Positions 1 to 15,649 of a stretch of DNA of 64,000 nucleotides are shown in pieces. The DNA comes from Eledone cirrhosa. Taxonomy: Eukaryota. Under the pieces are notes generated by a model that was not told where the DNA came from, did no database searches, and was given only the letters and a program-made list of their open reading frames with translations. The stretch's first letter is position 1. Each line of letters begins with the position of its first letter. The DNA lies in contig OZ024741.1 in assembly GCA_964016885.1 (NCBI GenBank), positions 186,868,001 through 186,932,000 on the forward strand, given 5' to 3'. Both the position numbers and the translations under genes were made by a program.

Positions 1-49
1 AGGTAGATAGATGTATATATATATATATTGGAGTATATATAAATATATT

Positions 50-109
<60 letters not shown>

Positions 110-320
110 TGTGTGCACACTTGTGCGCATGCGCGTGCGTGTGTCGTATCGAGGAAACTTGTAATCAATAACGACGCTATTGTTCATAATTTGCCATATA
201 TAATAAATAAATAATTCAATAAGTAAATGCGTAAATGGACCGTGTCTATCCCTCTTTCATGATTCTGGTTAACTAACTTAATAATTATAATTACTGTAAA
301 TACCGAAATACTTTCAACGC

Positions 321-448
321 AATCATCATCATATTCATCATCATCATCATCATCATCATATTCATCATCATCATCATCATCATCATCGTCATCATCATCA
401 TCATCATCATCATCATCGTCATCATCATCATCATCATCATCATCATCG

Positions 449-479
<31 letters not shown>

Positions 480-568
480 ATTTACTATCATCATCTTCAT
501 CGTTATCATCAACTTTATCATCCTTATCATTATCATCATCATCATCATCATCATTATCATCGTCGTCG

Positions 569-623
<55 letters not shown>

Positions 624-703
624 ATTTACTATCATCATCTTCATCGTTATCATCAACTTTATCGTCCTTATCATCATCATCATCATCATCATCATCATCG
701 TCG

Positions 704-747
<44 letters not shown>

Positions 748-845
748 GTCATCATCATCATTATCATCATCGTCATCCGCATCGCCAGCATTATTCTCAT
801 CATCATCATCGGCATTCATATCATCTGCACCATCAACAACAACAA
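321..845. repeat. Imperfect (CAT)n/(ATC)n trinucleotide microsatellite array with an internal duplication
   Basis: Long catcatcat runs; the block ...catatttactatcatcatcttcatcgttatcatcaactttatc occurs twice (~478 and ~621). The poly-D/poly-M ORFs are artefacts. Confidence 0.95.
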
Positions 846-924
846 AAACATTGAACAAGTATCATCGGCAAACAATAACAACAATAAAACAAACAAAACA
901 ATCAGCAACCACGGCAGGAACAAC

Positions 925-2220
925 ATCATCAACAGCAGCGACAACAACAAACACAGCAGCAGCATCAACAGCAGCGACAACAACAAACACAGCAGCAGCA
1001 TCAACAGCAGCGACAACAACAAACACAGCAGCAGCAGCATCAACAACAGCGACAACAACAAACACAGGAGCAGCAGCATCAACAGCGACAACAACAAACA
1101 CAGGAGCAGCATCAACAACAGCGACAACAACAAACACAGGAGCAGCAGCATCAACAGCGACAACAACAAACACAGGAGCAGCATCAACAACAGCGACAAC
1201 AACAAACACAGGAGCAGCAGCATCAACAACGACAACAACAAACACAGGAGCAGCAGCATCAACAACGACAACAACAAACACAGCAGCAGCATCAACAACA
1301 GCGACAACAACAAACACAGCAGCAGCATCAACAACAGCGACAACAACAAACACAGCAGCAGCATCAACAGCAGCGACAACAACAAACACAGCAGCAGCAG
1401 CATCAACAACAGCGACAACAACAAACACAGCAGCAGCATCAACAGCAGCGACAACAACAAACACAGGAGCAGCATCAACAGCAGCGACAACAACAAACAC
1501 AGCAGCAGCAGCATCAACAACAGCGACAACAACAAACACAGCAGCAGCATCAACAGCAGCGACAACAACAAACACAGGAGCAGCATCAACAACAGCAGCA
1601 TCAACCACATCAGCATCAACAACAGCAACATCAACCACATCAGCATCAACAACAGCAGCATCAACAACAGCGACAACAACAACAAACACATCAGCATCAA
1701 CAACAGCGACAACAACAACAAACACAGCAGCAGCATCAACAACAGCAGCATCAACCACATCAGCATCAACAACAGCAGCATCAACAACAGCGACAACAAC
1801 AACAAACACAGCAGCAGCATCAACAACAGCAGCATCAACCACAGCAGCATCAACAACAGCAGCATCAACAACAGCAGCATCAACAACAGCAGCATCAACA
1901 ACAGCAGCATCAACAACAGCAGCATCAACCACAGCAGCATCAACCACAGCAGCATCAACCACAGCAGCATCAACAACAGAACAGCAGCATCAACCACAGC
2001 AGCATCAACCACAGCAGCATAAACAACAGCAGCATCAACCACATCAGCATCAACCACAGCGACAACAACAACCACAGCAGCATCAACAACAGCGACAACA
2101 ACAACCACAGTAGCATCAACAACAGCAGCAACAACCACAGCAGCATCAACAATAGCAGCATCAACCACAGCAGCATCAACAACAGCGACAACAACAACCA
2201 CAGCAGCATCAACAACAGCA
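925..2220. repeat. Higher-order CAA/CAG minisatellite (~30-36-bp units grading into 15-bp units)
   Basis: Repeated gcagcatcaacaacagcgacaacaacaaacaca units, then acagcagcatcaaca/c units. Confidence 0.9.
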
Positions 2221-2688
2221 GAAGCAGCCACGACAGTATCAGTAATATGTTGTTTCTTTACAGAAAAGCATTATCATGAATTTTATTCTATGATGATGAT
2301 TGAGCCAAGGTGAACATCTTCCACGCAGACGGCATGATGGGAAAACAAACGCAGAAAGCAGAATACAAAACAGCAAAACCTAGAATACAAGATACAAGAA
2401 GACGCGATTCTCCGATTGGTGAGATTCTGTTGCCAAGTGAGCTTGTTCATCTTATTTCGTTTGTGTTTCACTCTCTCCCTCCTACATTTTCTTTCTTTCT
2501 TTTCTTTCGTTAGCAATAGTGATGATTTAACTGTGATAGTCTATAAAACAGACAAGCCTCGCTTTCACTGAAACCTGATCCGCCATTTTGAAACTGTCTG
2601 AATAAGATTTAACATGAGTTGCTTGTTAAAATGTGTAAGCTTTTATATTTTTGTTTGTTTTTATCATCACGACCGTCATCACCACCAC

Positions 2689-2748
<60 letters not shown>

Positions 2749-3105
2749 TATTATTACTATTTTCTTGGTGTTAGTTTTGGAGTTGCTGTTATTGTCGTTT
2801 TCTGTGCTATTGTTTTCTTTTTATTGTTGTTAATGGTGCTGTTGTCGTTGTTAGTGTTGTTAATGATGTTGATGGTCGTCGTTGTTGGCATTGTTGGTGG
2901 TGGTGGTCGTCGTCGTGTTAGTTTATTTTTGTTCATTTGTTTCAGGTATATTTCTTCACTACACCTACCTAAAACTCTCCTTCTATCCCTTCGCTTTTTA
3001 GTACTTTATTTCTAGTTTTATTTATCTCCTGTATAGGAGAATGAATTCTCATTTCAACTCGATGGAGGTTTAAATCATTGAAAATGAAAGAGGAGAGCGA
3101 ATAAA

Positions 3106-3107
<2 letters not shown>

Positions 3108-3175
<68 letters not shown>

Positions 3176-3244
3176 AAGAAGAAGAAGAAGAAGAAGAAGA
3201 AGAAGAAGAAGAAGAAGAAGAAGAAGAAGAAGAACAGCAACAGC

Positions 3245-3276
<32 letters not shown>

Positions 3277-3285
3277 ACAAAAACA
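3108..3285. repeat. Compound microsatellite (AAT)n(AAG)n(CAA)n
   Basis: Directly visible tandem triplets. Confidence 0.95.
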
Positions 3286-3524
3286 AAACAAAAACAATAA
3301 AAGCTACAACGAGAATAACAACTATTGACGTACGAATAATGGGTTGAAAATGGGGAGTAGATTATAGTTGTGGTGGTTATTGAAGAAGTAAAATAGAGGA
3401 AAAGGCAGGAAAAAAAGACGAAATGAGAGGGAATAGCAAGAAGAAGTGTAAGAAAAATTAAAACACAAAACCCTGAAGAATGTCAGAAAGACAAAAAAAG
3501 AAATATAGAAAACGAAAGATAGAT

Positions 3525-3580
<56 letters not shown>

Positions 3581-4520
3581 TTCTTTATTTGCCACAAGGA
3601 CGCACAAGAAAAGGGACAATACAAAGACATACCGGGGATTTTACATACAGTCGTGTAAAAAATATAAACAAACAATTATAACAATCGAAATACCCAATAG
3701 GGGGGGGGGGGGGGGCGACTCCACAAATGAGTTGTTTAATACCCCGTCGATAGAACAACCCTCAACTTTAGGAGCGTGTTGTGCAGGTGCTCCCTTCTTC
3801 CTTTTGCTCTCTTCTTTAACCTACAGGCTTATAAACAGAGAAGGCCCAAACACTCGTTGCCATTTTCGCTTCATTCACCCACCTTTCAGTAAAAACATAT
3901 AAATGTGTGTGTGCGTACATATATTACAGAATCATTTGGTTTGTGAAAGAGATAGCTAAGTACAAAGTGACATCGAGGAAGATCACTCTATTTACATTGC
4001 TTTATATGGTTACTTGGATTCCTAGATTATTACAAAATAAGAGGAGGATCTTTCTAAACATGTGACTACTTTAAAGGTTCACGCTGCACAACGTGAACAT
4101 GCCATCGTCACGGTATAGACTGCCACTACTAATCCATTTATATCCGTATATAGATGCCGACCAAATCACTAATCTCTACCGAGTAACTTGCATCCATAGT
4201 GACGTCGAAGGGAGTATTGGATTTTTTTTTTTATCCATAAAGAACCATCATGGTAATGATTACAAGGCTTCTTTATATGGAAAATGGTTCCAATTCCCTC
4301 GTCTGTCATACAAACAATGTTCTTACAAATAACAATACTTATGTCACCAGTGGTTAAGTAATGGAAGCGTAATAATCCTGTTGTATTCTGTTTATAGGGT
4401 AAATGTCGAAACCAATCATTTCACTTGCAAACGGTGCTTAATGCGAGGTTAACAAACACTTGTAGGAGGAAGGACATGCAACTTACCAACACCTCGCAAC
4501 AAGTGCCAGTATCATCATGT

Positions 4521-4552
<32 letters not shown>

Positions 4553-5474
4553 CATACTCACAGATACATACAGACATGCGCACACACGCATATATATACA
4601 TATATATATATATAAACATACACACAGATACATACACACATACGCACACACGCATATATATATATATATGTTATACCTTGATACTGTGAGGGCTTAGTGA
4701 GGCCACTAACATTAAATAGGATTCCCGTGGGGAAACTAATGTTGTTGCTTTATATATATGTGTAGTGTACCCATATGTATAGTTAGGGTAGCTATCGATG
4801 GTGAATAGACTGGTTGGAGTAATAACATCTTGTTTACGTATATATACTGTATATAATCATAGCATGACGAAGAACACCGGCGCCAAATTACGTAATATCT
4901 GCTGATATTACCCAATTACTATGAAAAGTAGTTCCAGTCGGTGCTATGGTTGGCAGCCTAGAGCATAGAAACTGATGTATCAGTCCGGGTATATTTGATA
5001 TACTAATATCAATACCTAGTCGTTTATCTAACTGATTAACGTACGTATCCTCTCCGAGTAATGAGTGTCTATTTCTATGATAGGAACTTTATTATATATT
5101 AACACGCATATATATATATATCCAATCCGATTCAGGGCCTTATCACTCCAGTTGGAGGAACCCCTCCCTTTGTGACCTCCAACATTGTCTGTTTTGTTTC
5201 GGTCATATCAAGGATGTAGCCGTACGCATTACGCTTGCATTATTGCGGGTTGGAAAGGCTAGTTAACCGATAATTGGGCTTTTTAAGGCTAGTTAACCGT
5301 TCATTCGGCTTTTTAAGAGCAGTTTATTTTGTGCTGCTGGGGTTCCACTTACTCTCCAACAAGACCAGGGTCAGGTGACAGAGCCGGTTTAGTCGCCCAC
5401 CAGACAACCATGAAGCAGGTTGTACTGGGTTACATAGAACCAGTAGCAGGCAGAAACCTGACGTCACACACACA

Positions 5475-5506
<32 letters not shown>

Positions 5507-5548
5507 TACACACACACACACGCATACAATATCACACATACACACACA

Positions 5549-5594
<46 letters not shown>

Positions 5595-5616
5595 TACAAT
5601 AACACACATACACACA

Positions 5617-5673
<57 letters not shown>

Positions 5674-6310
5674 ACACACACACACATATATATATATATT
5701 TAGAGAGAGAGAAAGTTAGATATGTGCTTGCCTGTGTGTGAGTGTATGTGAGTGTGTATATATGTGTGTGTGTGTGTTTAGATGATATTCACACGTTCAG
5801 ATAAAGATCAAACTAGGTCCGAAAATCGATTACAGGTGATTATCATTTTTTTTATTTACTGGGACATTTGTATTTCTTGGATGCTTATATGTTTATATAT
5901 TTATATACTGAGTGGCACAGTTATCTAATTCATTGATTTACGATTATTTCATGAGGTGGGGGAGAAATTATTATTAGCATCGATGTGCCGTTTCGAGGTT
6001 AAGAGCCTAATCGTATGGAGTTCCGTAATTCCTATCGATAGGTCAACACATGGATACATTTTTGGTTCTTTTTACCCTTTAAAACGATAGTAAAACAATG
6101 GAGTAAGTAAGTTCAACCTTACATATCTGACTCTTTTTGAATACCCAGGGACTGGTAATAGATATCACTTTTCCACAAATTCAAATTTCACGTTGCTTCG
6201 ATAGGATATTCCCATCAACATTACATTGAGTTCTAATAAGGTTATAAGACCTACCTTAATTGGGTAGAACATTAATGAGTGATACATATATATATATATA
6301 TATATGTGTG

Positions 6311-6378
<68 letters not shown>

Positions 6379-6485
6379 CGCGTAGTAGACAACTGATGAA
6401 GGGAAAATGTCTATCTCTTCTTTGTGTTCCATTCATTTTCTAACATTCGTTATCAGTAACCAAGCAGCCTCGTCCATCTCAATCC

Positions 6486-6532
<47 letters not shown>

Positions 6533-7128
6533 GGGGGGGGGGGGGGTGTTTGTGTATGTGTGTGTGTATACAGAGAAAGCGAAAGGTGAATGAGAGAGAA
6601 ATATGCGACGCTGTTCATTCTGGCTTGGTGTTGAATATGTCTGTGGTTATGGTTTTTATCTAGATTACACCAGCTGGTAAACAATAACAAGGTAAATGTG
6701 AGCTATAAGCTCCTTGGAAATTATGCATTGAGTCATTAAAAGTCCCAATGCTAAAAAAAAATATGTCTATCACAGTAGAATAGGGGGATACGACATGCTG
6801 TCACCGAGATACACGACTTTTACAAACGTAAACTTCAAATGCCTTATAATATACCCGAAGCAAACATCAATAAGCTTCAAAGGTTTTGCAAGGTACTCCT
6901 TCCAAATACACTTGTACTAGCTCCACAACTACTTCAGCCATTGCAGCCAGAAATATATAAAACTTTCAAAGCATATTACAAATCGAGAAACAAATATATA
7001 TAGCTGTCGAAACTGCCGGAGCTCAACCGCCGGGGTCCTAACTACATATGCATATATATATATGCATAGTTATATTCACATGTATGTATATATATATATG
7101 CATATATATGTATATATATATATATATA

Positions 7129-7184
<56 letters not shown>

Positions 7185-8622
7185 TATCTATACACATATG
7201 TGTGTACAATTACGTAATGATACGTAACAGTAAGTGTAAACAAAAACATAAATGGCAAAGAGTTCCACACTAAAATCTTAAGCCATTAAGTCGTAGACAA
7301 TCGAAAATGTCAATGTTCTGAGACTAATATTTCCTCCAGAAATGTCTGTTGTAGAGAAACTGAGTCGGTAGTTACAAAAACTGAAACTGAAAATAGCAGA
7401 AAATGACTGTAGAACTGTCTGTAGAATGGTGGATATTCTAAAGAATTCGATGTAAAAATAAAATAGAATTTGTTTTCAAATTAAAAAAATAAAGTTTACA
7501 AACATTTTCGAGAATCATACTTGAAGTTACTTAAACTCACATGCAATAACACTGATATGTACACACACAAGCAAATATTTACGTAAAAGTATACGTAAAT
7601 ATATACGTAAATGTACACATAAATGCTTAAATGCACGCATATATACGTACACATATTCATACACATATGTGTGTATATATATATAGAGAGAGAGATAAGT
7701 AAATAGATACATATGAGCAAATACATATATATATCTAATAGAACATATTTACTCGTTGTATATATATCTAATAGAACGTATTTACTCGTTGTAACCCAAC
7801 AATTTTAAATAAAACTTTTGCATATATATATCTAATATATATTTGTGAAATGGGTGGTGGTTGAAATTCAGATGTGCACGGTTACATGGAAGTAGACGTC
7901 GTCGGACTGACATGAAAATTTACACACTTATGTAAAAAGTGCCAAGGAAGCAAATAGACGAGGTTTCAAATCTCTAACTTGTAAAGTGTGGTCCCTAGGG
8001 CTCCAAAACTATCGCGTTCGGTGAGTTATTTCTCCCTGTTCTAATACTTTTGTCTTATTTACAATTTCATACAAATAAAGCAGTAAATAAAGGATTATGA
8101 GTTCATGCAATTGACTTATGTTTCGTCACTATATATATATATATATATATGATATGAAAACGCTTTAATAAAAAAAAATATCAACTGTAATGTATATATG
8201 CATGTATTTATGTGTTTATATGAGCGGGGATATGCAAGTAAATCTTACTTTGTGGACAGCTGCCACTTAGCATAATATTCATGCTAGAACAGCATATATT
8301 TGAAAGTTTTCATGGAGTTGAATTACTGATTTTGGATCGGCAGCTTTAGCTTTGAAAAAATGAAATGTGCAGTGTAAACATTTTTTATTATTCCTCCGGG
8401 GATGAATCTTCTCTGCATTTTTCCATCTCTTTCTTTCTTTCTGGAAGAAATCAGCCGTAGTAAGACCTAAAAATTGGTTAGATACACCATGACGCACCGT
8501 GCATCACAGTGGAGTAAAAGCAGACTCAGAACATGGCGTTGTGGGGGGCGGCTCGCAGCCCAATGTTCCAGGGTGAGCAAAAGAAGAAGAAGAAGAAGAA
8601 GAAGAAGAAGAAGAAGAAGAAG

Positions 8623-8653
<31 letters not shown>

Positions 8654-8763
8654 GAGCTGGAGTCCTATCAAATATGTAGGTTGTGTCTTAAATTGAAGGT
8701 TTAGTAGAAACAATTCATGTATAGTTTTGTACTTTTTCTTTTTGTCATTCATATATAAACAAA

Positions 8764-9945
<1,182 letters not shown>

Positions 9946-9960
9946 TATATATATATATAT

Positions 9961-10122
9961 GAGTTCGATTCCTGGACCGGGCGATGCGTTGTGTCCTTGA
10001 GCAAGACACTTTATTTCACGTTGCTCCTTCTACCTGGAGTTGCGACCAATAGATAGTATTAGCAATTGGAAAGACCAATGGATACATTGTTTCCTAGGTC
10101 TGATTTGACGAAAGTTGATCTT
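9961..10122 (+). mobile_element. 5'-truncated tRNA-derived SINE, family 2
   Basis: B-box-like GAGTTCGATTCC, then gtgtccttgagcaagacacttta; matches 15422-15649. Confidence 0.8.
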
Positions 10123-10188
10123 TCCTATATATATATATAGTAAAAGAATGAAGAATAACATGGTCGACTGTACAAAAGGGCTTATTTA

Positions 10189-10301
10189 CAGTATTAACAA
10201 TTGTTTATTTAATCAGGTGAGTCTAAAAGCCGCTGATCGTTAGAAGTTACGTCACTCGACCTTAATTACAGTCTCTGCCACATCAAATCATCAGAATACT
10301 G
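10189..10301 (-). ncRNA. Type I hammerhead motif with long stem-II insert (G12 appears mutated)
   Basis: Minus strand: cagtatt-CTGATGA-tttgat...attaaa-TAAAC-aatt-GTT-aatactg; 7-bp stem I; palindromic loop III. Confidence 0.65.
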
Positions 10302-10533
10302 GTGCGTATATATATATATATATATATATTTATCGTTCTCAGATGGTAAACTGAATACGTCCGTGTATTTTTTTTTTCATAATTTTTTTCTCATTCCCCC
10401 GTCCCTTCCTCTCATCACTCTTTACTTTCTATTTATCTTCTATTTCTAACTCTGTTTGCTGATGAAAGACAAGTATCGGAAGCATTAAGACTCTCTTCCA
10501 GCTATTTCAAGCTTTAAACTAATATATTTCTTT

Positions 10534-10645
<112 letters not shown>

Positions 10646-10779
10646 TGCGTGCGTGCTTGTATGTGTATAAACAAGGAGTATGACCGGCATTGCCTACATT
10701 TCAAAGTAACTATAGATGTACAAGAACAGTTCTTAAAAAATCCATATTCGATTTCTTTTGAAATGTGAGAAATTATTTG

Positions 10780-10970
10780 GATTGGCAGAATCGGTAGAGA
10801 GTCGGACGCCATGCTTTGTAGCATACAATTATGGCCTTTTACGTTCTGAGTTCAAATCCCACCGAGGTTAACTTTGTCTTTCATCCTTGCGGGGTAGATA
10901 GAATAAAGTACCAGTGATACACTGGGATATTTGCTGGCCTTGTGCCAAAAGTTGAAACAATTATTATTAT
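10780..10970 (+). mobile_element. tRNA-derived SINE, family 1
   Basis: A box TGGCAGAATCGG, B box GAGTTCAAATCC, conserved ctttcatcctt-cggggt-gat body, (ATT)n tail. Confidence 0.9.
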
Positions 10971-11324
10971 TATTATTATAACTTTTATAGTATTCCACTG
11001 TCTACTGCATTGGGTCAGAAGCAAATACTCAATATTAATAATATATTTCATCATTGAATTATGTAAATGACATATAACTTATTCATGCATTAAATGCCAG
11101 TAAATATTTTGGATTAGTAAATGTGAAAACAGTTTTAATTAATTTAAAACTTTTGTTGAACTTAATATTTTAGTCTTTTTTTTTAAATACTTTAGTTGTT
11201 AGAAATATTCATCTTGGTAGAAACGAATAGGAATAAATCATTTGTACAGCGTGTTGTAATCATTGTTCAGATATTGGGACTGATCAAGAGCAATACCTTG
11301 ATACAATAAATAAAACTTAAGAAA

Positions 11325-11600
11325 TGTGATGAACCCCAATGTTTTGATATTTGGTCTGTAAACATCATAATCTTAAGAAATTTGAACACCGTCATGAGTA
11401 TAAAGAAAAAAAATTTGTAGGGTTCGAATTCTTGGGCACCCTACATAAAATTGACTACGAGCAAACTGTGATGAAACCTAGCATTTTGCTATTTGGTCTG
11501 TAAACATCATAATCATGAGAATTTTGAACACCGCCATGGAAAGAAATTTAGTAGGGTTCAAATTCTTGAATAGTCTACATAAAATTGGCCACGAGCAAAG
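11325..11600. repeat. Diverged tandem duplication, ~140-bp unit x2
   Basis: tgtgatgaa...tatttggtctgtaaacatcataatc...gtagggttc...ctacataaaattg...acgagcaaa present twice. Confidence 0.85.
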
Positions 11601-12250
11601 CAAAAATGTTGCTCATCTGTTTCGGCTTAGTGCAGCTCCCATTTGCGTTTCAAAAGACAATTCTAAATTATAGAAATATAACCCTAAACGGCAATTGTAA
11701 GCTAACAAGAATTCCGAACAGATAGATTTTTAGGCTGAGTTGCTGTTCGAGTACATGGTGTTCTTTAAAGGTTATCATCTTTGTGAATGACTGAGGTAAT
11801 TTTTTCTTTATAATATGAACATAAAGTATGATTTAACGTTTACTTCAACAATTATATATTATTTGTTCACAGTACAAATGGAGAAAATAGGAATACAACA
11901 TTCCCATTTGTGTAACTCAGACTATACTTAGACTATATTCAATTTAATGTTTCAAATAAATATATACGATGATAAAATGGATATCGGTGGGAATCAAGAC
12001 TATGACTTAAAGGAGCACACCTAAATAATAAAGGAGTGTATGGAGATCGAACCTACGGCATACTCGTTACAGCATGACTGCCTAATTCACTCATGTAACC
12101 GGACTTTCATTTGTTTAGGCTTTAGAAAAGAAAATATTAAATAACACACACGCACACACACATACACACATTTATGCATATTTAATATATATATATATAT
12201 ATTAAATATGCATAAATGTGTGTATATATATATATATATATAAATGTGTG

Positions 12251-12311
<61 letters not shown>

Positions 12312-12447
12312 AGAGGTTATATTTAATCTGTTGGGATATAACAAGCAACATATGTTTATAACTGATATAAAGCACTCAACAAATTATAGGAGTAAATATA
12401 CAATATATTAACAAATGGAAACTATATTTATAAAACCATATTTATTG

Positions 12448-12503
12448 CATTATACATATTTCAAGGGCCACCAAGCCAGATTATGGTGCGCTTTCATCAG
12501 ATA
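12448..12503 (-). ncRNA. Type I hammerhead motif in a PLE pseudo-LTR remnant
   Basis: Minus: tat-CTGATGA-aagcgcacca...tggtggccctt-GAAAT-atgt-ATA-atg. Confidence 0.6.
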
Positions 12504-12642
12504 AAATATAATATAGATTAGTTTTATAAATAAATATTGACATACCCTGAAAAAATGCAACCTTCACGGTTGGAGTCTATAAATATATATATAAAGAATG
12601 AATAATAACAGGTAGACATCATAAAAGGTAATTTATTCCGAG

Positions 12643-12759
12643 TGCTTACAAATGTTTCAACAGTAGTTATACAGCCTAGTCATGCTAAGTGCAAATTGAT
12701 AATTATTTGATTGCAGAAACTCAATTTTCAAATGCTGCCACTACCGTTTCCTCAGAGCA
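12643..12759 (-). ncRNA. Type I hammerhead with long stem-II insert
   Basis: Minus: tgct-CTGAGGA-aacggtagt...(~75 nt)...actactgtt-GAAAC-attt-GTA-agca. Confidence 0.75.
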
Positions 12760-13323
12760 GAATACAGAATACAAAAGGATCAGAAACTGAGTTTTTCCGA
12801 CTATTCTTCCATAACTCGTTGAGTAACCCCTCACCGTACGTCAACTCTATCTAGTGTAGTAATTAACCATTACTGCATTCAGGATAATCCTAAGCATTTC
12901 TTGCATAACCTAATATATATATATATATATATATTTAATACATTAACAGAGAAAGCTTTAAGCAATACTCCGACCGGCTTCCGTCTCACTCAACAAACAT
13001 TAGGATATACCTTAGTATAATCCCAATTATACGTTTGGGGTGCTAACTATACGTATTTTGCGGATAACCAGTTGTATTATTTTATATGAGACATAATTAA
13101 AATACATCTCTCTTTCCAAACGATCGTTTCATTATAAGTTTTCTACAGATTGGGAAAATAATGTCCACGTTATGTAGAAGCCTACACATAGTCCGTAGGA
13201 ATATAATATATGTAGGGGGCACTTATAAATCATCAGTGGATGCCCGACAAATATCGATATCAAAAAACCTTACCGATATTAATGTTCAGCGATGGTACCC
13301 CTCCGTGCTAGAATGACCGCCAA

Positions 13324-13959
13324 TCTATATATATAAAGCTGTGGTTGTCTGTCTGTCTATCGATTTTTGGCACACATCTCCTCTTAGAATCTCTGACGGA
13401 ATTGCACCGAAATTGCTATACTTGTACATTGAGCCCTAGCGAAGACATCGGAAAAAAAATATTTCAAATTCACCCACCCTATGTGACGAAATCGAATCTA
13501 ATGTATCGATTTTTGAGCGTAAGTGACGAGTTATTTCCCTTTGTTCTGTTTACATTGAGCGTCTTTACATTTTCTGCGTGCAAAAATTAAAAAAATTACG
13601 CTGGCTTTCTCAGCGTTTAAAATGACATTAACACAATACACGAACAGTTGTCGAGCCAGCAAAATTTTGACCTGCAAAATTCATCAGTTCGAACACTAAG
13701 CTTCCGTTTTGCTTCATTTCCATTTAAAAGCCTTTTCAAACAATATTTTTACTTGAAAACAATTCTATTTAAAGACTACGTAAAACAAGCAAATATTTCG
13801 TAAAAAAAAAAGCAAAAATTATATAAGTTTATTTAAAATATAGGTATCTGTAAATTTCGTTAGGCGTGCAGACAGACTTTAAGCCAAAAAAGAAACTTAA
13901 CATTGTAACTTTAACACAGCTACTGAGTGACCCCGAGCAACGCCGGGCTTTACTGCTAG
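13324..13959 (+). mobile_element. Non-autonomous Helitron, family B
   Basis: 5' TCTATATATATAAAGCTG with (GTCT)n; 3' ccccgagcaacgccggg + CTAG; A|T insertion site. Confidence 0.85.
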
Positions 13960-13961
13960 TA

Positions 13962-14014
<53 letters not shown>

Positions 14015-14319
14015 GTAATAATAATAAATTTGAAGACTAAAATCCAAAGAGGGTTCGATAAGGATAAATATATATCAAATATATAAGAACCCTACGGCAA
14101 ATATTTATTAAAATATATATATATATATATTTCCGATTATATTTCAATTTTTCCAGATGCTCACTATGTAAATAACGTTATAGAAATTTATAAAAGTTTT
14201 AAAAAAAAGAATTAATTTTATATTCAGTCATGTGTGTACAAGTTACCATAAGATTATATGATCATTTGTTTCCAAAATATAGTCTTTTGAAGTGTAGCCT
14301 TTTTGATACACCCTGTACG

Positions 14320-14443
<124 letters not shown>

Positions 14444-14559
14444 TAGAAGGGATATTTAATTTGTTGGAAATACAACAAATATAAATGTTTATAACTGATT
14501 CAGAGCACTCGACAGTTTTCTGGAGTAAATATTCAATGATATTAAATGATATTAAATAT

Positions 14560-14618
<59 letters not shown>

Positions 14619-14909
14619 GGGAGTGCAGATCGAATATATAGATAATGGGAATTTAGATCGAATATATATATGCATGCGTGTTTTTATAAATATGCAGATA
14701 AATGTATGTGCGTGTGTGTATATGTGTGTGTACATATGTATTATACACCATGCAAGGAGTTTAATGTATTCATATAGCATAACAACTATTTTACCTAGTG
14801 CAATAATATATCAATATTTTAATAAAATACCTCGTCGGTTTCTACAGCATGAAAGACCTTTATTTACAACGTGGGCCGGCATGTATTATCATAATGTGTG
14901 AAAAATAAT

Positions 14910-15092
14910 TGTTTCTACTTTTAGCACAAGGCCAGCAATTACACAGTGTATTACTGGTACTTTATTTTATCGACCCCGTAAGGATGAAAGGCAAAGTTAA
15001 CCTCGGCGTGATTTGAACTCAGAAGTGCAAAGGCCATAACTCCATGCGTCAAAGCATGACGTTCGACCCTCTAGCGACACTGCCAATCCACC
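14910..15092 (-). mobile_element. tRNA-derived SINE family 1 with 14-bp target-site duplication
   Basis: TSD gtgtgaaaaataat at 14896-14909 and 15093-15106; empty site in the paralogous block at ~54446. Confidence 0.92.
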
Positions 15093-15421
15093 GTGTGAAA
15101 AATAATGTTTAACTCTAAACATTCTTTGTTATCTTTCATGTATCTCTACGTATGAACAGATCATCAGGAAAAAGTGCAGTATTAGAGTAAAGACTTCATA
15201 GTTTTAATATAATGTTGCCATAGTGCTGTTTTATGCTTTACGAGAATGTATTTCTAATGTGGTTTCATGCGATATAGGATATTATGGCTTAATCAATTTA
15301 AACTAACATTGATAGTGGTTCTACCACTTATTGTCAAGACTGTAAGATGTTAGAAAGTTTGTCGAGCAAATTCTTGTATTCTTTTACTGGTTTTAGACAA
15401 TTAACTGCGGCCATGTATGGC

Positions 15422-15649
15422 GAAGGCGTGTGGCTGATTGGTTAGAGAACTGGATTCGCAATCGTGAGGTTGTCGGTTCGATTTCTGGACCGGGCGATGC
15501 GTTATGTCCTTGAGCAAGACACTTTATTTCACGTTGCTCCTTCTACCTAGAGTTGCGACTGATAGAGAGTATTAGCAATTGGAAAGACCAATGGAAGCAT
15601 CGTTTCCTCGGTCCGATTTGACGAAAGTCGATCGAAAAGGAAAAATATT
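15422..15649 (+). mobile_element. tRNA-derived SINE family 2 with TATGGC target duplication
   Basis: A box TGGCTGATTGG, B box GGTTCGATTTC; tatggc at 15416-15421 and 15650-15655; empty site at ~54769. Confidence 0.85.

Noticed and set aside
2264-2418. Possible exon (tttctttacag ... ggtgag)
   Set aside because: Stops in all three frames; no partner exons; splice-like motifs alone are insufficient.
7874-8020. Possible exon ending in GTGAGT
   Set aside because: All frames are closed and there is no recognisable homology.
10780-10870. tRNA genes suggested by A/B boxes
   Set aside because: No cloverleaf; the boxes belong to multi-copy SINE heads with shared bodies and tails.
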